Assembly (NCBI GenBank): GCA_041641295.1
Contig: JBEPYO010000001.1
Span: 128,001 to 192,000 of the forward strand
DNA length: 64,000 nucleotides
Source: Nitrososphaerota archaeon
Lineage (GTDB): Archaea; Thermoproteota; Nitrososphaeria_A; Caldarchaeales; Calditenuaceae
Direction of reading: 5' to 3'
The notes under the pieces were generated by a model. It searched no databases. It was given only the letters and a program-made list of their open reading frames with translations, and was not told the origin of the DNA. Of the stretch, positions 25,235-36,128 are shown in pieces. The translations under genes were made by a program, and so were the position numbers. Within the stretch, counting starts at the first letter, position 1. Each line of letters begins with the position of its first letter.

Positions 25235-27266
25235 ACACTTGCCTCATACTCTTCCCCAACTCATCGAGACTGCTGGTGGGCAGCAGGCATTTGAAGCCAC
25301 GGCAGAAGTAGTAGGTGGCGCCCTCCCCCACTGCATCTTTCCCCTCCCATAAGCTCTTCAATGCCTCTGACCTGGAAGCGGAGATGACGACGTATGGCTC
25401 AAACATTTTTGAAGCGAGCTGGCAGAGGTGTTGCCAGGGATCACCTGTTGTGGCTATCACGAGCTGGCCTCCTGAATCTAATATGTAGGGGATGGCGGAT
25501 ATGAGTGAGATATGACTTAGGGGGTCGTCTTGAAGCCTCTGCCACGCCGCCTTCAATGCTTCACGCGCGGGCTGGAAAAACCTCTCCTCACCTGTCAGAA
25601 GATGGAGCTGGGCGAGTAGGTGGACTGCAGCCGCGTATCCGCTAGGGTATGCGTGGTCCTCTATGGATACGGGTCTTATGGGTGTGTCAGGGTCTGGCTG
25701 CGTGTCATAGAATCCTCCCGACTGAGAGGCGAATTTTTCAAGGATGTCGTCCGCGAGGCTAAGGGCTGCGTCGAGGTACCTGTTTCTCCCGGTCCACTGA
25801 TAGAGGTCTAGAAGACCCCACCCCATCAGGGCATAGTCCTCAAGTAGCCCTCGAGCCTCTGAAGGCCCATCTCTCCAATACCTCTTCAGCTCTCCGTCAG
25901 AGTAGAGTTCCTTCAGTATGAAGTTCGCCGCATCCGTTGCTGCTTTAGACAGGTCTTGGTCTGCTGTGGCTGCCGCGGCGTAAGAGAGCCCGCTCAAGAG
26001 GATGCCATTCCATGATGCGATAACCTTGTCGTCCACCGCAGGTCTTTGCTTCGCCCTCCTAAGCTCCCCCAGCTTTCTGCTGATGTAGTTTAGGGCGCTG
26101 AAAAGGTCCATGCCTAGGGTATCTGAGAGTTTTTCAAGGTTGGAGGGGAGCCTGATGACATTCAGTCCATGCCCAAAGTTTCCAACGGGGGTGCAGCCAA
26201 GCATTCTCGCGACCTCGTCGCCCAGAGCCCCTGCAACCTCATCCCAACTATACAGGTAGTATCCGCCTTCAACTCCTCCGCTCTCGGCGCTCAGGGCGGA
26301 GTAGAAGCCGCCCCCCTCCGACCTTAGTTCTGAGATGAGCCAGCGCGAGGTATCCCTAACAACGTAGCGGTACAGGGGTCTCTTAGTTGCGGCCCAAGCC
26401 TCAGCATAGAGTCTGAGGAGCATTCCATTGTCGTAGAGCATCTTTTCGAAGTGGGGTATTGTCCATGCACTGTCAACCGCGTACCTGTGGAATCCTCCCC
26501 CCACGTGGTCGTATATTCCGCCGAGGAAAATAGCGTCAAGCGTCCTCTCTACTATCCTGAGAGCCATGGACTCGCCCTTCAGCCTCCAGTAGCGGAGTAA
26601 GAACAGGTAGTTTGTGGGCGTCGGGAATTTTGGAGCCCCTCTTATCCCACCGTTCTCGTCATCAAATATGAGGACAAGCTGGTCGTACGCCATGTCCAAA
26701 GCATCCATATTCACCTCCACCTCTCCACCCGCCCTGATGGAGAGTGAGCTGGAGACAAGCTCGAAGAGGTTGCTACCGCTGTTCAGAACCTCAGCCCTCC
26801 TCTTTTCCCAGGCCTCCTTGACTGCTAAGAGCACATCTTTGAAGCTCGGTAAGTTATATCGCGGCTCGGGTGGAAAGTAGGTGCCGCCGAAGAAGGGCTT
26901 CAGATCGGGTGTTAGAAAGACGGTGAGCGGCCAGCCACCCTGACCCGTCATCAATATCACAGCCCTCATATAGATGGCGTCGATGTCCGGCCTCTCCTCC
27001 CTATCCACCTTGACAGGTACAAAATACTTGTTGAGGATGTCGCTGATGGTGCGGTTCTTAAATGACTCTCTCTGCATCACGTGGCACCAATGGCAGGAGA
27101 GGTATCCGATGCTTAGGAAGATGGGTTTATCCTCCTCTCTCGCCTTCCTGAAGGCCTCCTCTCCCCACGGGTACCAGTCAACCGGGTCGTCAGCGTGGAG
27201 CTGTAGATACGGGCTCTTACTGTCTGCCAGCCTGTTTACCCTACGCCGAGCAGCATCTCCAGACAA
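25227..27266 (-). CDS. Thioredoxin-domain protein, YyaL/SSP411 (SPATA20) family
   Basis: [57 protein letters not shown]. Confidence 0.93.
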   Translation of the reverse strand: MSGDAARRRVNRLADSKSPYLQLHADDPVDWYPWGEEAFRKAREEDKPIFLSIGYLSCHWCHVMQRESFKNRTISDILNKYFVPVKVDREERPDIDAIYMRAVILMTGQGGWPLTVFLTPDLKPFFGGTYFPPEPRYNLPSFKDVLLAVKEAWEKRRAEVLNSGSNLFELVSSSLSIRAGGEVEVNMDALDMAYDQLVLIFDDENGGIRGAPKFPTPTNYLFLLRYWRLKGESMALRIVERTLDAIFLGGIYDHVGGGFHRYAVDSAWTIPHFEKMLYDNGMLLRLYAEAWAATKRPLYRYVVRDTSRWLISELRSEGGGFYSALSAESGGVEGGYYLYSWDEVAGALGDEVARMLGCTPVGNFGHGLNVIRLPSNLEKLSDTLGMDLFSALNYISRKLGELRRAKQRPAVDDKVIASWNGILLSGLSYAAAATADQDLSKAATDAANFILKELYSDGELKRYWRDGPSEARGLLEDYALMGWGLLDLYQWTGRNRYLDAALSLADDILEKFASQSGGFYDTQPDPDTPIRPVSIEDHAYPSGYAAAVHLLAQLHLLTGEERFFQPAREALKAAWQRLQDDPLSHISLISAIPYILDSGGQLVIATTGDPWQHLCQLASKMFEPYVVISASRSEALKSLWEGKDAVGEGATYYFCRGFKCLLPTSSLDELGKSMRQVSS

Positions 27267-27334
27267 TCTACCTCTTGCAAATCCATCATAACTTATTAAA
27301 CTCTCCAGAACTAAATACTCTCAGGTAGTCTCGA

Positions 27335-27883
27335 TTGATGGAGATAAACGGCTACGTGTCCGGCATAAGGCCGCGGCGGGCGGGAAAAACAATCGTAGTC
27401 GAAGTCTCCATCTCTACGCTCTCCGGTGAAAGCTATGAGGCAGTGCTCCACGACCCGCCCGACTGGCTTGAGATAGGCTCTAAAATCACGTGTAAGATTG
27501 AGCAGATACCTGGCAGGCAGGGAGTAACTTCCGTAATCTCTGAGCTGAAGCTCTCCCTTACCCTGCCTGATATAACTCAGGTCGAGCTCTCCGTGGAGTC
27601 TGTCAGAGAGACGCCAGACGGCAGCCTGGTGGTGGAGGGGAGAAGAGAGGGTGGAGGCTTCTTCAGCTACCTGTTGAAGCCCGAAAACGCCGTCATAGAT
27701 ACTGCAAGCCTCCCGTGCAGGGCCGTTGCCCTAAAAACGCTACAAACTGGTGCCGACCGCGTAATAGCCATCATACCGGTCAAAAACCTCCAGATCATGA
27801 GGAGGGCTAAGGAGCTTATGATGCAGCTCAAGAGGGAGGAAGAGCACAGGCCAGAGCTAGAATTCCTCCCCGGACCACCATAA
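27335..27883 (+). CDS. Hypothetical protein, beta-rich (possibly tandem OB-like folds)
   Basis: 182-aa ORF filling the gap, TATA-like sequence upstream; no family recognised. Confidence 0.6.
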   Translation: MMEINGYVSGIRPRRAGKTIVVEVSISTLSGESYEAVLHDPPDWLEIGSKITCKIEQIPGRQGVTSVISELKLSLTLPDITQVELSVESVRETPDGSLVVEGRREGGGFFSYLLKPENAVIDTASLPCRAVALKTLQTGADRVIAIIPVKNLQIMRRAKELMMQLKREEEHRPELEFLPGPP

Positions 27884-27938
27884 CAGACCTTTGATGGATT
27901 GATAAGTTTTAGTAATACTCGAGGAGCTATTCTCCCAC

Positions 27939-28262
27939 GTGCTAGTTCGGGTCTGTAGCTTGAGGGAGGTCCCGGAGGGCGGGATGATAAGGGTAGACCT
28001 GAATGATAAGGGACTTTTAGTGGCAAAGGTTGGTGGGAGGGTCTACGTTGCTGACGTCTGGTGCACGCATGAGGAGGGCGACCTCAGCCTAGGACTCCTA
28101 GAGGGTGATATTGTCAGGTGCCCACTTCACGGAGCCATGTTCCGACTGGCCGACGGCTCGGTGGTCGAAGGGCCGGAGGGGGAGCCGCCTGAATCAATAC
28201 CTAGCCTCAAAACCTACAAGGTGAAGATTCAGGAAGGCGATATCTATATTGAAGAATTGTGA
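27939..28262 (+). CDS. Rieske [2Fe-2S] ferredoxin
   Basis: CTHEEG and CPLHG ligand motifs. Confidence 0.92.
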   Translation: MLVRVCSLREVPEGGMIRVDLNDKGLLVAKVGGRVYVADVWCTHEEGDLSLGLLEGDIVRCPLHGAMFRLADGSVVEGPEGEPPESIPSLKTYKVKIQEGDIYIEEL

Positions 28263-28338
28263 GGCTCGTATCTCCCGCCAGATATAAAGAAGAGATGGCC
28301 AAGGAAAAGCTATAATAACAGCAAACTCTATTTTTAAT

Positions 28339-29964
28339 GTGCCGAAATACATCTTCGTCACGGGGGGCGTAATATCCTCCGTCGGGAAGGGGACTGTCGC
28401 AGCCTCCATTGGAAAGATACTCCAATCCCGAGGATACAACGTGGATTTTCTGAAGATAGACCCGTACGTCAATGTAGACGCTGGGACGCTGAACCCGTAC
28501 AGCCACGGCGAAGTATTCGTCACAGATGATGGCGGCGAGACAGACCTAGACCTTGGATGGTATGAGAGGTTCCTCGACATACCCATGAGCAGGCTAAACA
28601 ACCTCACAACCGGGCAGGTCTTCCAAGAGGTAATCCGTAGAGAGCGTGCTGGGGAGTATCTTGGCCAATGTGTCCAGATTGTTACTCACGTAACTGATGA
28701 GATAAAGCGTAGAATAAGGCTGGTCGCCGAGAGGAGGGGGGCAGATATAATCATAGTAGAGATCGGAGGGACTGTTGGCGACATCGAGGCTCAGCCTTTT
28801 TACGAGGCCGCCAGGCAGATGAAACTGGAGGAGGAGACGCTATTTGTTCATGTATCGCTCGTCATATATCTCGAGACCACGGGCGAGTTTAAGACCAAGG
28901 CACTCCAGCACAGCGTAAATGAGCTAAGGAGGGCTGGTATACAGCCCGACATTATTGTGGCTAGGAGCCAGAGAATCATCGACGAGGCCACCAGGAGGAA
29001 AATCGCACTCTTCGGCACGCTCCCAAAGGAGGCAGTATTCTGCTCATACGACACAGACGTAATCTATGAGGTGCCCCTCATATTAGACCAGCAAGGACTA
29101 GGAGATTTTATTGTGAAGCACCTATCCCTGAGTAATACCCAGCCTGATTTGTCTGAGTGGCGCAGGATAGTTGAGACCTTCAAGTCGAACGGCCCATTAG
29201 TGAAGATAGCAGTATGCGGTAAATACACGGCGCTGACTGACTCATACATCAGCATCAAGGAGGCCCTCAAGCATGCCTCCGCATACCATAACGCGAGGCT
29301 TGAGATCCTATGGGTTGATGCTGAGAAGGTTGAGCGCGACAGCATTGAGGAAATCTCCAAGCTCGAGGAAGCGCATGGGATACTCGTGCCCGGAGGCTTC
29401 GGTAAGCGCGGGTCTGAGGGAAAGATAATTGCAATAAACCTCGCTAGGACTCAGGATAAACCGTTCCTAGGGATATGTTTTGGCCTACAGATGGCCGTTG
29501 TCGAGTTCGCGAGAAACGTGCTAGGTCTGAAGGGTGCCAACTCGACAGAACATGATCAAGATACTCCGCACCCAGTGATTGATCTTATGCCCGAGCAGCG
29601 CCAGACGGAGCAGAAGGGCGGGACCATGCGCCTCGGCTCGCTCCCAGTAGTTATCAAGAAGGGGACGCTAGCATACAGGCTATACGAGTCGGAGCTAATA
29701 CATCAGAGGCATCGGCATAGATACGAGGTAAACCCCGCGTACCACCAGAAATTAACAGGTGCTGGGCTGGTGTTCTCAGGCCTCTCCCCGGACGGTAACA
29801 GGGTTGAGATAATTGAGCTACCCAGTAAGAAATATTTCATAGCGACACAGTACCATCCGGAGTTCAAGTCGCGGCCAGGAAAACCAGAACCTGTTTTCCG
29901 TGGACTGATTGCAGCGGCGCTGGCTGAAGTTAAAATTAGAGACATGCAAGTTAAGGTTCAATGA
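28339..29964 (+). CDS. pyrG: CTP synthase
   Basis: [42 protein letters not shown]. Confidence 0.98.
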   Translation: MPKYIFVTGGVISSVGKGTVAASIGKILQSRGYNVDFLKIDPYVNVDAGTLNPYSHGEVFVTDDGGETDLDLGWYERFLDIPMSRLNNLTTGQVFQEVIRRERAGEYLGQCVQIVTHVTDEIKRRIRLVAERRGADIIIVEIGGTVGDIEAQPFYEAARQMKLEEETLFVHVSLVIYLETTGEFKTKALQHSVNELRRAGIQPDIIVARSQRIIDEATRRKIALFGTLPKEAVFCSYDTDVIYEVPLILDQQGLGDFIVKHLSLSNTQPDLSEWRRIVETFKSNGPLVKIAVCGKYTALTDSYISIKEALKHASAYHNARLEILWVDAEKVERDSIEEISKLEEAHGILVPGGFGKRGSEGKIIAINLARTQDKPFLGICFGLQMAVVEFARNVLGLKGANSTEHDQDTPHPVIDLMPEQRQTEQKGGTMRLGSLPVVIKKGTLAYRLYESELIHQRHRHRYEVNPAYHQKLTGAGLVFSGLSPDGNRVEIIELPSKKYFIATQYHPEFKSRPGKPEPVFRGLIAAALAEVKIRDMQVKVQ

Positions 29965-30692
29965 GCGAGACAGTCCTCGTCGACGCACACTGCCACGTCC
30001 ACGAGTATAGTGATGAGGAGATCAAGAGTTTCGGGAAGATTAGGATCGCCGGTGTTGCAATGGACTTAGAGTCTTCTGGAGCTACCCTCGAGTTGGCGAA
30101 GAGGTTTAGGAATATTGACCCCTTCGTTGGACTGCACCCTTGGAATCTTCACAAGAACTTTGATGAGCTGGAAAACATAAAGAGGCTTGCGGTTTCTGGC
30201 GGGGCGTCGGGTCTAGGCGAGGTGGGCGTCGACTTGCGATTCGCCAAGGCATCTTTCAAGGAGCAGTTAAAGGTTTTCACTGAAATATGTGAGCTAGCCG
30301 CTGAAAACGGGCTCCCACTAAATGTCCACGCCCTCGGAGGATGGGACTCGGTAGTAAAGACTTGCATAAAGCTAGGCGTGAAGTCCCTCCTACTACATTG
30401 GTACACAGGACCGCCTGAGCTGCTCAAAGAGATCAAGGATGCGAGCTACTTTATCTCGATCAATCCAGCCGTGACAATCCAGCCGAGGCACATGCAGATT
30501 CTCCGGGAAGCCGATATGGACATCATCCTTACTGAGAGCGACGGGCCCTACAACTATAGGGGAATAGAGCTGACCCCGAAAAGCTTGCCTGGGCTCATCA
30601 ACACAATAGCGTCTGTCAAGGGGCTGACAGTGGCGGAGGTGTCCAGCCAGATTTATGAAAACTATCTAAGATTCCTCGGCGCCTCCAAGTGA
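29961..30692 (+). CDS. tatD: TatD-family nuclease
   Basis: DAHCH, GLHPW, GEVGVD, LLHWYTG, TESDGP. Confidence 0.9.
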   Translation: MSETVLVDAHCHVHEYSDEEIKSFGKIRIAGVAMDLESSGATLELAKRFRNIDPFVGLHPWNLHKNFDELENIKRLAVSGGASGLGEVGVDLRFAKASFKEQLKVFTEICELAAENGLPLNVHALGGWDSVVKTCIKLGVKSLLLHWYTGPPELLKEIKDASYFISINPAVTIQPRHMQILREADMDIILTESDGPYNYRGIELTPKSLPGLINTIASVKGLTVAEVSSQIYENYLRFLGASK

Positions 30693-31583
30693 CCTTGATA
30701 CGATATGGTGAGCCAAGTCCTCCAATACTTTGACAACCGCCTGCGTGCCTAGCGCTCCTTCTCCTCTGGCAACCAATGATTTGAAGAGCTGATGTACAAG
30801 CGCTGTGCCAAGGAGTGGTAGGTTGAGCTCCTGACCTATTTCGAGAGCTATGCGGAGGTCTTTCATCAGATGCTCTGCCTTGAAACCAGGTCTAAAATCT
30901 CTATTGACAATTGCGGGTCCGAGGTTGGCTAGCTGCCACGAGGCCCCCGCCCCAGACGATATGATCTCTATTACCTTGTCGAGGTCTAGGCCCGATTTTG
31001 AGGCAAGTAGGAGGGCTTCACAAGCTCCGAGTAGGGAGAGGGCTACCGATATCTGGTTGCATATCTTCGTCATCTGACCCGAGCCGCTTGGACCCATGTA
31101 GACAATCCTCTGGCCGAGGACTCGTAGTATCGGCTCGGCCTTCTTGAAGACAGCGTAGTCTCCTCCGACCATGATTGCGAGTGTTCCCTGCTCAGCGCCT
31201 ATTGTCCCTCCTGTCACGGGTGCGTCAAGATACCCTACCCCCCTCTCTTTCAAAGTCGCATATATCTCCCTCTCAACCACCGGCGAGATGGTCGACATGT
31301 CTATGACGGTCGAGCCGGGCTTGGCTGCCTGAATGACTCCCCTTTCACCCAGCACCACAAGCCTCACGTCCTTGGAGTCCGGGAGCATCAGGATCGTGTA
31401 GTCGGACTCACTAGCAGTCTCCGCGGGAGAGCCCGCCGCCTCCGCTCCCAGTCTTACAAGCTCCTCGACCGGCCCCCTACTCCTGTTAAACACCTTCAGC
31501 TCGTGCCCCGCGGACAGCAGCCTCTTAGCCATCGGCTTCCCCATCAAGCCGAGGCCGATGAAACCTATCCTGGCCACGGGCAT
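30666..31583 (-). CDS. Beta-hydroxyacid dehydrogenase (2-hydroxy-3-oxopropionate reductase/3-hydroxyisobutyrate dehydrogenase family)
   Basis: GFIGLGLMGKPMA, DMSTISP, DAPVTGG, KICNQ, KDL. Confidence 0.9.
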   Translation of the reverse strand: MPVARIGFIGLGLMGKPMAKRLLSAGHELKVFNRSRGPVEELVRLGAEAAGSPAETASESDYTILMLPDSKDVRLVVLGERGVIQAAKPGSTVIDMSTISPVVEREIYATLKERGVGYLDAPVTGGTIGAEQGTLAIMVGGDYAVFKKAEPILRVLGQRIVYMGPSGSGQMTKICNQISVALSLLGACEALLLASKSGLDLDKVIEIISSGAGASWQLANLGPAIVNRDFRPGFKAEHLMKDLRIALEIGQELNLPLLGTALVHQLFKSLVARGEGALGTQAVVKVLEDLAHHIVSRSLGGAEES

Positions 31584-31632
31584 CGAGGTGTAGCCAAGAC
31601 TATTAATATATCGTCGGGCGGGAACGTGTTCA

Positions 31633-32151
31633 GTGAGGTTGGTTGTAAAGACTTTTGTCCGCTCGATCAGGTCTTGGCTCGGCCGCGTAGAGGTTGCAGC
31701 AAGTGAGGATCACCTGCTCTTTGTGGGTGTGGGTGATGGGGAGGCGGTTGAGTTTTTGCGGGCCTGGGGGCTTCCACCTCCAGCGGGAAGGGGGAGCGGG
31801 TTGATTGAAGAGGCGGAGGCGCAGCTCATCGAGTATTTTGAGGGTAGGCGGAGCTCGTTTAGTCTGCCCGTCAGCTTCTTTGGAACCGATTTTCAAGTCA
31901 GGGTCTGGAAGAAGACTATGGAGATCCCCTTCGGATCAACGCGAAGCTACTCTTGGGTTGCGAAAGAGATTGGCTGTTCTTCGCCTAGGCCTGTGGGCAG
32001 GGCTCTGTCAGCGAACCACCTCATGCTTGTCGTGCCCTGTCACAGGGTTATTGAGGCTCAGGGAGGGCTTGGAGGGTTCTCAGCAGGTCTGGACTTGAAG
32101 AGGAGGCTCATACAGCATGAGAGGAGGCATGCGGGGGAGGAGCTGCGATAA
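31633..32151 (+). CDS. ogt: Methylated-DNA--protein-cysteine methyltransferase
   Basis: GTDFQVRVW, IPFG.TRSY, active site PCHRV. Confidence 0.92.
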   Translation: MRLVVKTFVRSIRSWLGRVEVAASEDHLLFVGVGDGEAVEFLRAWGLPPPAGRGSGLIEEAEAQLIEYFEGRRSSFSLPVSFFGTDFQVRVWKKTMEIPFGSTRSYSWVAKEIGCSSPRPVGRALSANHLMLVVPCHRVIEAQGGLGGFSAGLDLKRRLIQHERRHAGEELR

Positions 32152-32184
32152 AACTAAATCCGCCTCGATACACTGAAGGTTAGA

Positions 32185-33759
32185 GTGTCGAGACACATTA
32201 AGCTCCCGCCCAACGAGGGACAGCATATCGAGTTTAAGGAGAGGCTCATCCCGCTCGTGCATTTGAAGCCCGAGAGGAGGCAGCAGCTAAGCACTCAGCT
32301 TAAGTCGCATCTGCTGGAGGGGGGCGGGGTGGCGGTCTATCTATTGGGGGTAAATGATGACGGTGTGGTGGTGGGGCTGAGTGAGTATGATTTGGAGATG
32401 AGCCTCTCGGTTCTCTCCGCAGTGGTGGCGGAGAGCGGTGCTAGGATTAGGAGGGTGGAGAGGTTTGAGACGGAGAAGGGCTTGATAGCAAGGGTTGTGA
32501 TAGAGTCACTCCCCACGGCTGCTAAGCCGCACATCACTGTGGCCGTGGCGGGCCATGTTAACCACGGCAAGTCGACACTCATCGCCTGCCTCCTCACAAA
32601 CCAGCCGGACGACGGTAAAAAGTGGTTATACCTCGACACACTACCCCACGAGGTTGAGAGGAACCTCTCCGCCGATATCCACCTCGCAGTCCTAGGGTTT
32701 AAAGGAGGTAAGCCCTTGACGATGAGCAACCCCCTAGACAAGATGGAGCGTGTGAGGATTGTGGAGGAGGGTGAGAAGCTTATCAGCTTCGTGGACACTG
32801 TGGGGCATGAGCCTTGGCTAAGGACGACAATCAGGGGCCTTGTGGGGCAGGAAGTGGACTATGGAGTACTCGTCGTTGCTGCGGATGACGGGGTTACACA
32901 TCTTACACGCGAGCATCTGGGTATCATGCTAGGCCTAGGAATTCCGGTGATAGTGTGCATCACGAAGAAAGACAAAGTAGCTCAGAGTAGAGTTGTGGAG
33001 GTTAGGGAGGGGGTTGCCCAGCTCCTGAAGAGGGTTGGCCGAATCCCCTTCCTCATACGGGAGCCGTCAGACATAGACGTAGTATACGACAAGACAGGTC
33101 TTGTTGTGCCTATATTAGAGGTCTCTGCGAGGACTCTGGAGGGGTTTGAGAACCTGTACAGACTTTTGGCCCTACTGCCGCAGCGAGAAAAGCCACTTGA
33201 CAAACCATTCCTACTCTACATCGATAGAATCTACGACATCGAGGGTGTTGGGAGCGTGGTCTCTGGCACCGTTAGGCAGGGAAGGCTGAGGGCAGGCGCA
33301 GAACTACTACTCGGCCCCTACCCCGACGGCGGGTTCAAGCGGGTCAAGGCGCGGAGCATAGAGATCCACAACACCAGAGTAGAGGAGGCCGTCGCAGGCT
33401 ATGTCGTCGGAGTCGCGATTAGGGGCGTCGCTCATGACGAAATTCGCAGGGGGATGGTCCTTTGCGATGAGGAGCTCTCGCCCCACGCGGTCTGGAGCTT
33501 TTCCGCTGAGGTCCTAGTACTCAATAATCCTAGCAGGTTCGCCCCCGGATATGAGCCTGTCATGCAGTGCCACACCATATCACAGAGCGTTAGAATTGTG
33601 GAGCTGGATAGGGAGTATGTGAAGCCCGGAGAGCAGGGAAACGCCGTCCTCGAGTTCAAATACAGCCCGATGCTGGTCTATCCGCAAGACAGGTTTGTCT
33701 TGAGGGAGGGACGGACTAAGGGAATAGGGGTAATAAAGAAAATACTCCGATATGCTTGA
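32185..33759 (+). CDS. Archaeal GTPBP1-like translational GTPase
   Basis: N-terminal IEFKE..YLLGVNDDG domain; G1 GHVNHGKST, DTVGHE, TKKD; EF-Tu-like domains II/III ending REGRTKGIG. Confidence 0.88.
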   Translation: MSRHIKLPPNEGQHIEFKERLIPLVHLKPERRQQLSTQLKSHLLEGGGVAVYLLGVNDDGVVVGLSEYDLEMSLSVLSAVVAESGARIRRVERFETEKGLIARVVIESLPTAAKPHITVAVAGHVNHGKSTLIACLLTNQPDDGKKWLYLDTLPHEVERNLSADIHLAVLGFKGGKPLTMSNPLDKMERVRIVEEGEKLISFVDTVGHEPWLRTTIRGLVGQEVDYGVLVVAADDGVTHLTREHLGIMLGLGIPVIVCITKKDKVAQSRVVEVREGVAQLLKRVGRIPFLIREPSDIDVVYDKTGLVVPILEVSARTLEGFENLYRLLALLPQREKPLDKPFLLYIDRIYDIEGVGSVVSGTVRQGRLRAGAELLLGPYPDGGFKRVKARSIEIHNTRVEEAVAGYVVGVAIRGVAHDEIRRGMVLCDEELSPHAVWSFSAEVLVLNNPSRFAPGYEPVMQCHTISQSVRIVELDREYVKPGEQGNAVLEFKYSPMLVYPQDRFVLREGRTKGIGVIKKILRYA

Positions 33760-34828
33760 CACGCGGAAGGTAAAGAGGCTGGGAGTTTCAGTTCCAACGA
33801 TTTACGCCGAGAGGATAAGAGAAATTTTGGTGAAAAGGTCCGCGATAGAGCCCTCCCTTAAGCCCCTGAGGACAGGGGACAAAGTTGTCTTCCCCCTCAA
33901 GCCAGATATCCTCCAAGCGGAGGAGATCGTACCACCAGATCTGGGGTGCCAGCTGGTGTGGGAGGAGTTTCAGGAGAGGCGCACAACCCCACGTAGCATT
34001 AGAGAGGCGCTAGCAGGCCTAGTACGCGATGAACTACTCGAAAAACTCCCCTCATCCTACGACATTGTGGGTGATATAGCGGTAGTGCATATACCCGAGG
34101 GTCTTGAACAGCTTGGAGAGCAGATAGGTGAGGCTATAATTCGGGTCAACCCTTCGGTAAAAGTTGTCCTCGGAGAAGCAGGGCCTGTGGAAGGGGTCTA
34201 CAGGACTAGGAGACTCGTACACCTCGCCGGAGAGGCGCGTACATTTACTGCCCACAAGGAGCATGGCTGCGTCTTCCATGTGGACCTTGAGAAGGTCTAT
34301 TTCAATCCGCGGCTCGCAGGCGAGAGGATGAGGATAGCGGGGTTGACGAGGAGTGATGAGGTTGTTGCCGACATGTTCGCCGGTGTCGGCCCCTTCGCGG
34401 TGGCTATTGCTAAACATGCGGGAGCCAGGGTCTACGCCTCGGAGATAAACCCGGAAGCCTATGATTTGCTGGTTAAAAACATCCAGGTCAACAGGCTGAC
34501 TGGGCGTGTAGTGCCACTATTCGGCGACTGCAGAACGACATTCTCTAATAACCAGGTTACCGCGGACAGGGTCGTCATGAACTATCCATCAGACCCATTC
34601 AGCTTCCTCGACACAGCCCTCAAAATCCTACGTGGACGCGGAGTAATCCACCTATACGGCTTCGCAGAAGACACTGAGGAGTGGCGCTCGAAAATACTGG
34701 AGAGGCTGACCGAATTGGGGGCTTCCTGCGACATAATGGTAAAAAGGCTCAAACCGGTCTCGCCCAGCAGAAGCCTCATGGTAGCTGATATTGAGGTTCG
34801 CTCCTCTAGGCCGGCTAGGACCAGTTGA
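33752..34828 (+). CDS. trm5: tRNA (guanine37-N1)-methyltransferase, Trm5/Tyw2 family
   Basis: SYDIVGDIA, VYFNPRL..ER, DMFAGVGPF, EINP, DRVVMNYP. Confidence 0.88.
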   Translation: MLDTRKVKRLGVSVPTIYAERIREILVKRSAIEPSLKPLRTGDKVVFPLKPDILQAEEIVPPDLGCQLVWEEFQERRTTPRSIREALAGLVRDELLEKLPSSYDIVGDIAVVHIPEGLEQLGEQIGEAIIRVNPSVKVVLGEAGPVEGVYRTRRLVHLAGEARTFTAHKEHGCVFHVDLEKVYFNPRLAGERMRIAGLTRSDEVVADMFAGVGPFAVAIAKHAGARVYASEINPEAYDLLVKNIQVNRLTGRVVPLFGDCRTTFSNNQVTADRVVMNYPSDPFSFLDTALKILRGRGVIHLYGFAEDTEEWRSKILERLTELGASCDIMVKRLKPVSPSRSLMVADIEVRSSRPARTS

Positions 34829-34887
34829 CCCATGAGGTGGAGAAAGGTTTATCCATCTAGGGAGGGCAGTTAATACTTAGAAGGGGC

Positions 34888-35925
34888 TTGGGTGTAAAGC
34901 TTGGAGACCTAATACCGCAGGAGGCCGTCCAGACAATCCAGCTCAGCGATTTATCCGGGAAAGTAATAGCCATAGACGGGTACAACATCCTCTACCAGTT
35001 CCTCTCGATAATCAGGGGGCCTGATGGGAGACCGCTCCAAGACAGAAAGGGGCGTGTGACCAGCCACCTCAGCGGCCTATTCTTCAGGACAGCAAACTTC
35101 ATCAAGAATGGGATTAAAGTCGTCTATGTCTTTGACGGCCAGCCTCCCCAGCTCAAGAGGGAGACGATAAGGAAGAGGATAGAGCTGAGGGAGAGGGCTA
35201 AAAAGATGTATGAGGCGGCCTTAGCGGCGGGCGAGGTGGAGGAGGCGCGAAAATACGCTACACAGTCAGCAACACTGGAGAAATACATGGTCGAGACCTC
35301 CATACAACTCCTAGAGGCGATGGGTATACCCTCAGTGATAGCGCCGTCGGAGGGAGAAGCCCAAGCAGCATACATGGCCATGCGCGGAGATGCTTGGGCT
35401 TCAGCCTCGCAGGACTACGACTCAATACTCTTCGGGACGCCAAGGCTTGTGCGAAACCTCTCCATCGTTGGGAAAAGAAAACTCCCACGGAAAGACGAGT
35501 ACATAACCGTAGAGCCCGAGGTTGTTTACTCTGACAAGCTCTTCAACTCGCTGGGCATAGGTAGGAGGGAGCTAATCGAAATGGCCATACTGATAGGCAC
35601 AGACTACTTTGAGGGAGTCAAGGGAATCGGGCCGAAAAAGGCCTACGAACTCATAAAGGAGCATGGCTCGGTAGAAAAAGCCTTAGCTGCACTCAACAAA
35701 TCTATCGAGATCGACATAGACGCTGTCAGACAACTCTTCCTCGAGCCCGAAGTAAAAAAGGACTACCAGCTGGATTGGCGTGACATCGACAAGGAAGCTG
35801 TACTAAAGATGCTGTGTGATGAGCACGACTTTTCCCCCGAGCGGGTTGAGAAGGAGCTCAATGAGATCGAGGCAGCTGTGTCCGAGAAAAAGAAGGTAAC
35901 CTCTCTCGACCGATGGCTACTCTAG
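34888..35925 (+). CDS. fen: Flap endonuclease 1
   Basis: MGV start, IDGYN.LYQFL, APSEGEAQAA, SQDYD, GTDY, GIGPKKA, PIP-like TSLDRWL. Confidence 0.98.
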   Translation: MGVKLGDLIPQEAVQTIQLSDLSGKVIAIDGYNILYQFLSIIRGPDGRPLQDRKGRVTSHLSGLFFRTANFIKNGIKVVYVFDGQPPQLKRETIRKRIELRERAKKMYEAALAAGEVEEARKYATQSATLEKYMVETSIQLLEAMGIPSVIAPSEGEAQAAYMAMRGDAWASASQDYDSILFGTPRLVRNLSIVGKRKLPRKDEYITVEPEVVYSDKLFNSLGIGRRELIEMAILIGTDYFEGVKGIGPKKAYELIKEHGSVEKALAALNKSIEIDIDAVRQLFLEPEVKKDYQLDWRDIDKEAVLKMLCDEHDFSPERVEKELNEIEAAVSEKKKVTSLDRWLL

Positions 35926-36120
35926 AAGTATGATAAGCCTCCTCTCCTCATCGAGGCTATGAACCCTTACGAGCCCCCGCACCTCGAGAACGATTAGCGC
36001 CTCTCGAAGCTCCTTAGCGCTAGTCACCCTCCCCCTCGTATTCAAAGCCTCCAAGAGGGCTGACTCCATCATCTTCTTATTGTTACGCCTCAAAACCTCG
36101 ACTACGTCTTGTGGATCCAT
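35917..36120 (-). CDS. Small putative winged-helix protein downstream of cdc48
   Basis: 67 aa, 8 nt after the cdc48 stop with GGA/GGTG-poor but tight spacing; three helices then LEVRGLVRV beta hairpin. Confidence 0.6.
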   Translation of the reverse strand: MDPQDVVEVLRRNNKKMMESALLEALNTRGRVTSAKELREALIVLEVRGLVRVHSLDEERRLIILLE

Positions 36121-36128
36121 AATGGTGA

